Below, one piece after another: positions 45,022 to 46,498 of a stretch of 46,498 nt of DNA. The position numbers and the translations under genes are program-made. Positions within the stretch are counted from its first letter, which is position 1, and every line of letters starts with the position of its first letter. The notes beneath the pieces are model-generated. The model worked only from the letters and a program-made list of their open reading frames with translations. It was not told where the DNA came from and did not search any database. Source of the stretch: Planctomycetales bacterium (GTDB lineage Bacteria; Planctomycetota; Phycisphaerae; SM23-33); the NCBI GenBank assembly GCA_030642005.1, contig DAOWOP010000001.1, positions 1 through 46,498 of the forward strand. The letters run 5' to 3'.

Positions 45022-46498
45022 CTACACATACTTCACGTGCACATGCTCTATCTTACCGTTAAACTTAAACGGCGCGCGATCAAAGTAATCCAATGCCACA
45101 GGTGAACCCAGGTCTATTCCGATGTCAAAGGTTTCCGAGGCTGTAAAGCCAGCAGGAACAGAACGCTCAATGCGCCCTTGTCCAACCTGCTTGCCGTTTG
45201 CGCGAAACGTCACCGTAGCCGGAGCCTGCGGCTTTTTCTCATCGAACTTCACTTCCACCTCGATTTTGACTTTACCTGTTGGGATAGGCTTGCCAGACTT
45301 CACCTTGTAACGGTATAGAGTCATGGCATTATATTCCGCCTGCAGATACCCATTATCCATGTACACCGTAAAACCAGCGGAAATACCGCCCAGACAGAAA
45401 AGCACTCCTTCAGCATTCTTGGGTATGTCGGCTTCGATGGTGGACAGCGATGAGAATCCGCTGGTAAACTTAGGCGCCATTGACTCGGGGATACGCTTTT
45501 GCCCCTCAAAAAAGTGCCATTCCTTCAAGGTCGAAGCTCGCCCTTGCTCTGGGTGAGCAAATAAATACAAACCGCCCCCGACGGGTAAGACCTTGTTATT
45601 AGTCGCTTCTATGAGAAACATGTCCTTCATAGCCTTGAGTTTCTCCGGCATCTCTTCAGCCAGATCATCAGCTTGAGAAAAGTCTTCCTTTAAGTTGTAC
45701 AGTTCCCATACATCATCCTCGGGATTCCAGTTTGCTATATCTGGCATTTTTGCGTCCCATGGTGTTCGTGGTCCAAAGGCACAGGCAAACCAGCCATCCT
45801 GATAAATACCGCGGCTGCCCATGATCTCAAAATACTGTGGTGGTTTCTGCTCAGGCGCGTTGACATCATTAAACGTATAAGCCATGGTAACACCATCAAA
45901 ACCATCTTGCTTTACGCCATTGTAAAGTGTTGGCGGAGTAATCCCCAGGATATCGTAGATGGTTGGAACAATATCCACCACGTGATGAAATTGGTCGCGC
46001 GGTTTCTTATCTGCTTTGATTCCCTTAGGCCAGGACATTACGCAACTGTTACGCGTGCCGCCAAAATGAGCAGCAATAAGCTTGGTGCTCTTATACGCCG
46101 TATCCAGCGCCCAGGCCCAACCGTGGTGATACATTGAATCAAGCTTAGGTCCCCCCAGCGCCTCCAATCCGCCGTAGTCTCTATCCAAAGCTTCAATATG
46201 TTCATCAATGGTGCTTACCATGCCATTCTGGGCTAATAATTCTGAGATTGTACCGTTCATACCTTCGGCAGAAGCACCATTGTCACCATTGATGTAAATA
46301 ATCAGTGTATTATCCAGTAAACCCTGTGCTTTCAGCTCATCGATTACTTTGCCATACTGGGCATCTGTATGTTCCAGGAATCCAGCATAAACTTCCATTA
46401 AACGAGTCTGGAAAGCTCGATGTTCCTCAGGGATATCTTCCCATTTCTGCATGGTGGGATCAATGGGAGTCAATTCAGCATTTTCCGGAATCCAGCCC
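45022..46498 (-). CDS. Arylsulfatase-family protein, C-terminal ~490 aa (N-terminus with catalytic site outside the window)
   Basis: The frame stays open to the window edge (...GWIPENAELTPIDPT...). LIIYINGDNGASAEG and HFGGTRNSCVMSWPKGI are typical sulfatase core motifs, and a long beta-rich C-terminal domain follows. Confidence 0.85.
   Translation of the reverse strand, partial: GWIPENAELTPIDPTMQKWEDIPEEHRAFQTRLMEVYAGFLEHTDAQYGKVIDELKAQGLLDNTLIIYINGDNGASAEGMNGTISELLAQNGMVSTIDEHIEALDRDYGGLEALGGPKLDSMYHHGWAWALDTAYKSTKLIAAHFGGTRNSCVMSWPKGIKADKKPRDQFHHVVDIVPTIYDILGITPPTLYNGVKQDGFDGVTMAYTFNDVNAPEQKPPQYFEIMGSRGIYQDGWFACAFGPRTPWDAKMPDIANWNPEDDVWELYNLKEDFSQADDLAEEMPEKLKAMKDMFLIEATNNKVLPVGGGLYLFAHPEQGRASTLKEWHFFEGQKRIPESMAPKFTSGFSSLSTIEADIPKNAEGVLFCLGGISAGFTVYMDNGYLQAEYNAMTLYRYKVKSGKPIPTGKVKIEVEVKFDEKKPQAPATVTFRANGKQVGQGRIERSVPAGFTASETFDIGIDLGSPVALDYFDRAPFKFNGKIEHVHVKYV

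Overview
The 46.5-kb window comes from a moderately GC-rich bacterium. The sulfatase, PilT, OprB porin, RND pump and many lipoproteins suggest a PVC/Planctomycetota-like organism, but that is inference only. It splits into two parts.

(1) Bases 1 to ~27,000 are a dense accessory/defence island. In order it contains:
- a type I R-M operon (hsdM partial, hsdS, hsdR). hsdS has two near-identical TRDs and an extra ~200-aa C-terminal domain;
- a tightly coupled triad: a DNA methyltransferase, an 828-aa protein with two GHKL ATPase modules (MORC-like head plus histidine-kinase-like tail), and a 583-aa receiver-like protein with an unknown C-terminal domain;
- a hypothetical gene divergent from a WYL-domain regulator, with three copies of a 21-bp box. 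Each copy points at a downstream gene;
- a box-preceded operon: SMC-like ABC ATPase, soluble HEAT-repeat histidine kinase, OmpR-type response regulator, and a 1448-aa sacsin-like GHKL / DUF3883-like nuclease protein;
- a ~700-bp structured non-coding region with an 11-bp-phased GTGCCA array, repeated hairpin units and two terminator hairpins;
- a Ser/Thr kinase plus a 410-aa unknown protein;
- a convergent pair of an HTH protein and a PD-(D/E)xK-like protein;
- a short RHS/YD-repeat remnant at the island edge.

(2) Bases ~27,000-46,498 look like ordinary chromosome: TPR membrane protein, STAS protein, pilT, periplasmic and secreted proteins, alpha/beta hydrolase, K+ channel, RND pump plus adaptor, OprB-type porin, lipoproteins and a partial sulfatase.

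The best candidates for an undescribed system are the two phosphorelay-containing modules (6118-11712 and 11831-22628) and the non-coding region downstream of them. All functional calls come from reading motifs by eye. No database search was run. I found no rRNA, tRNA or CRISPR array.
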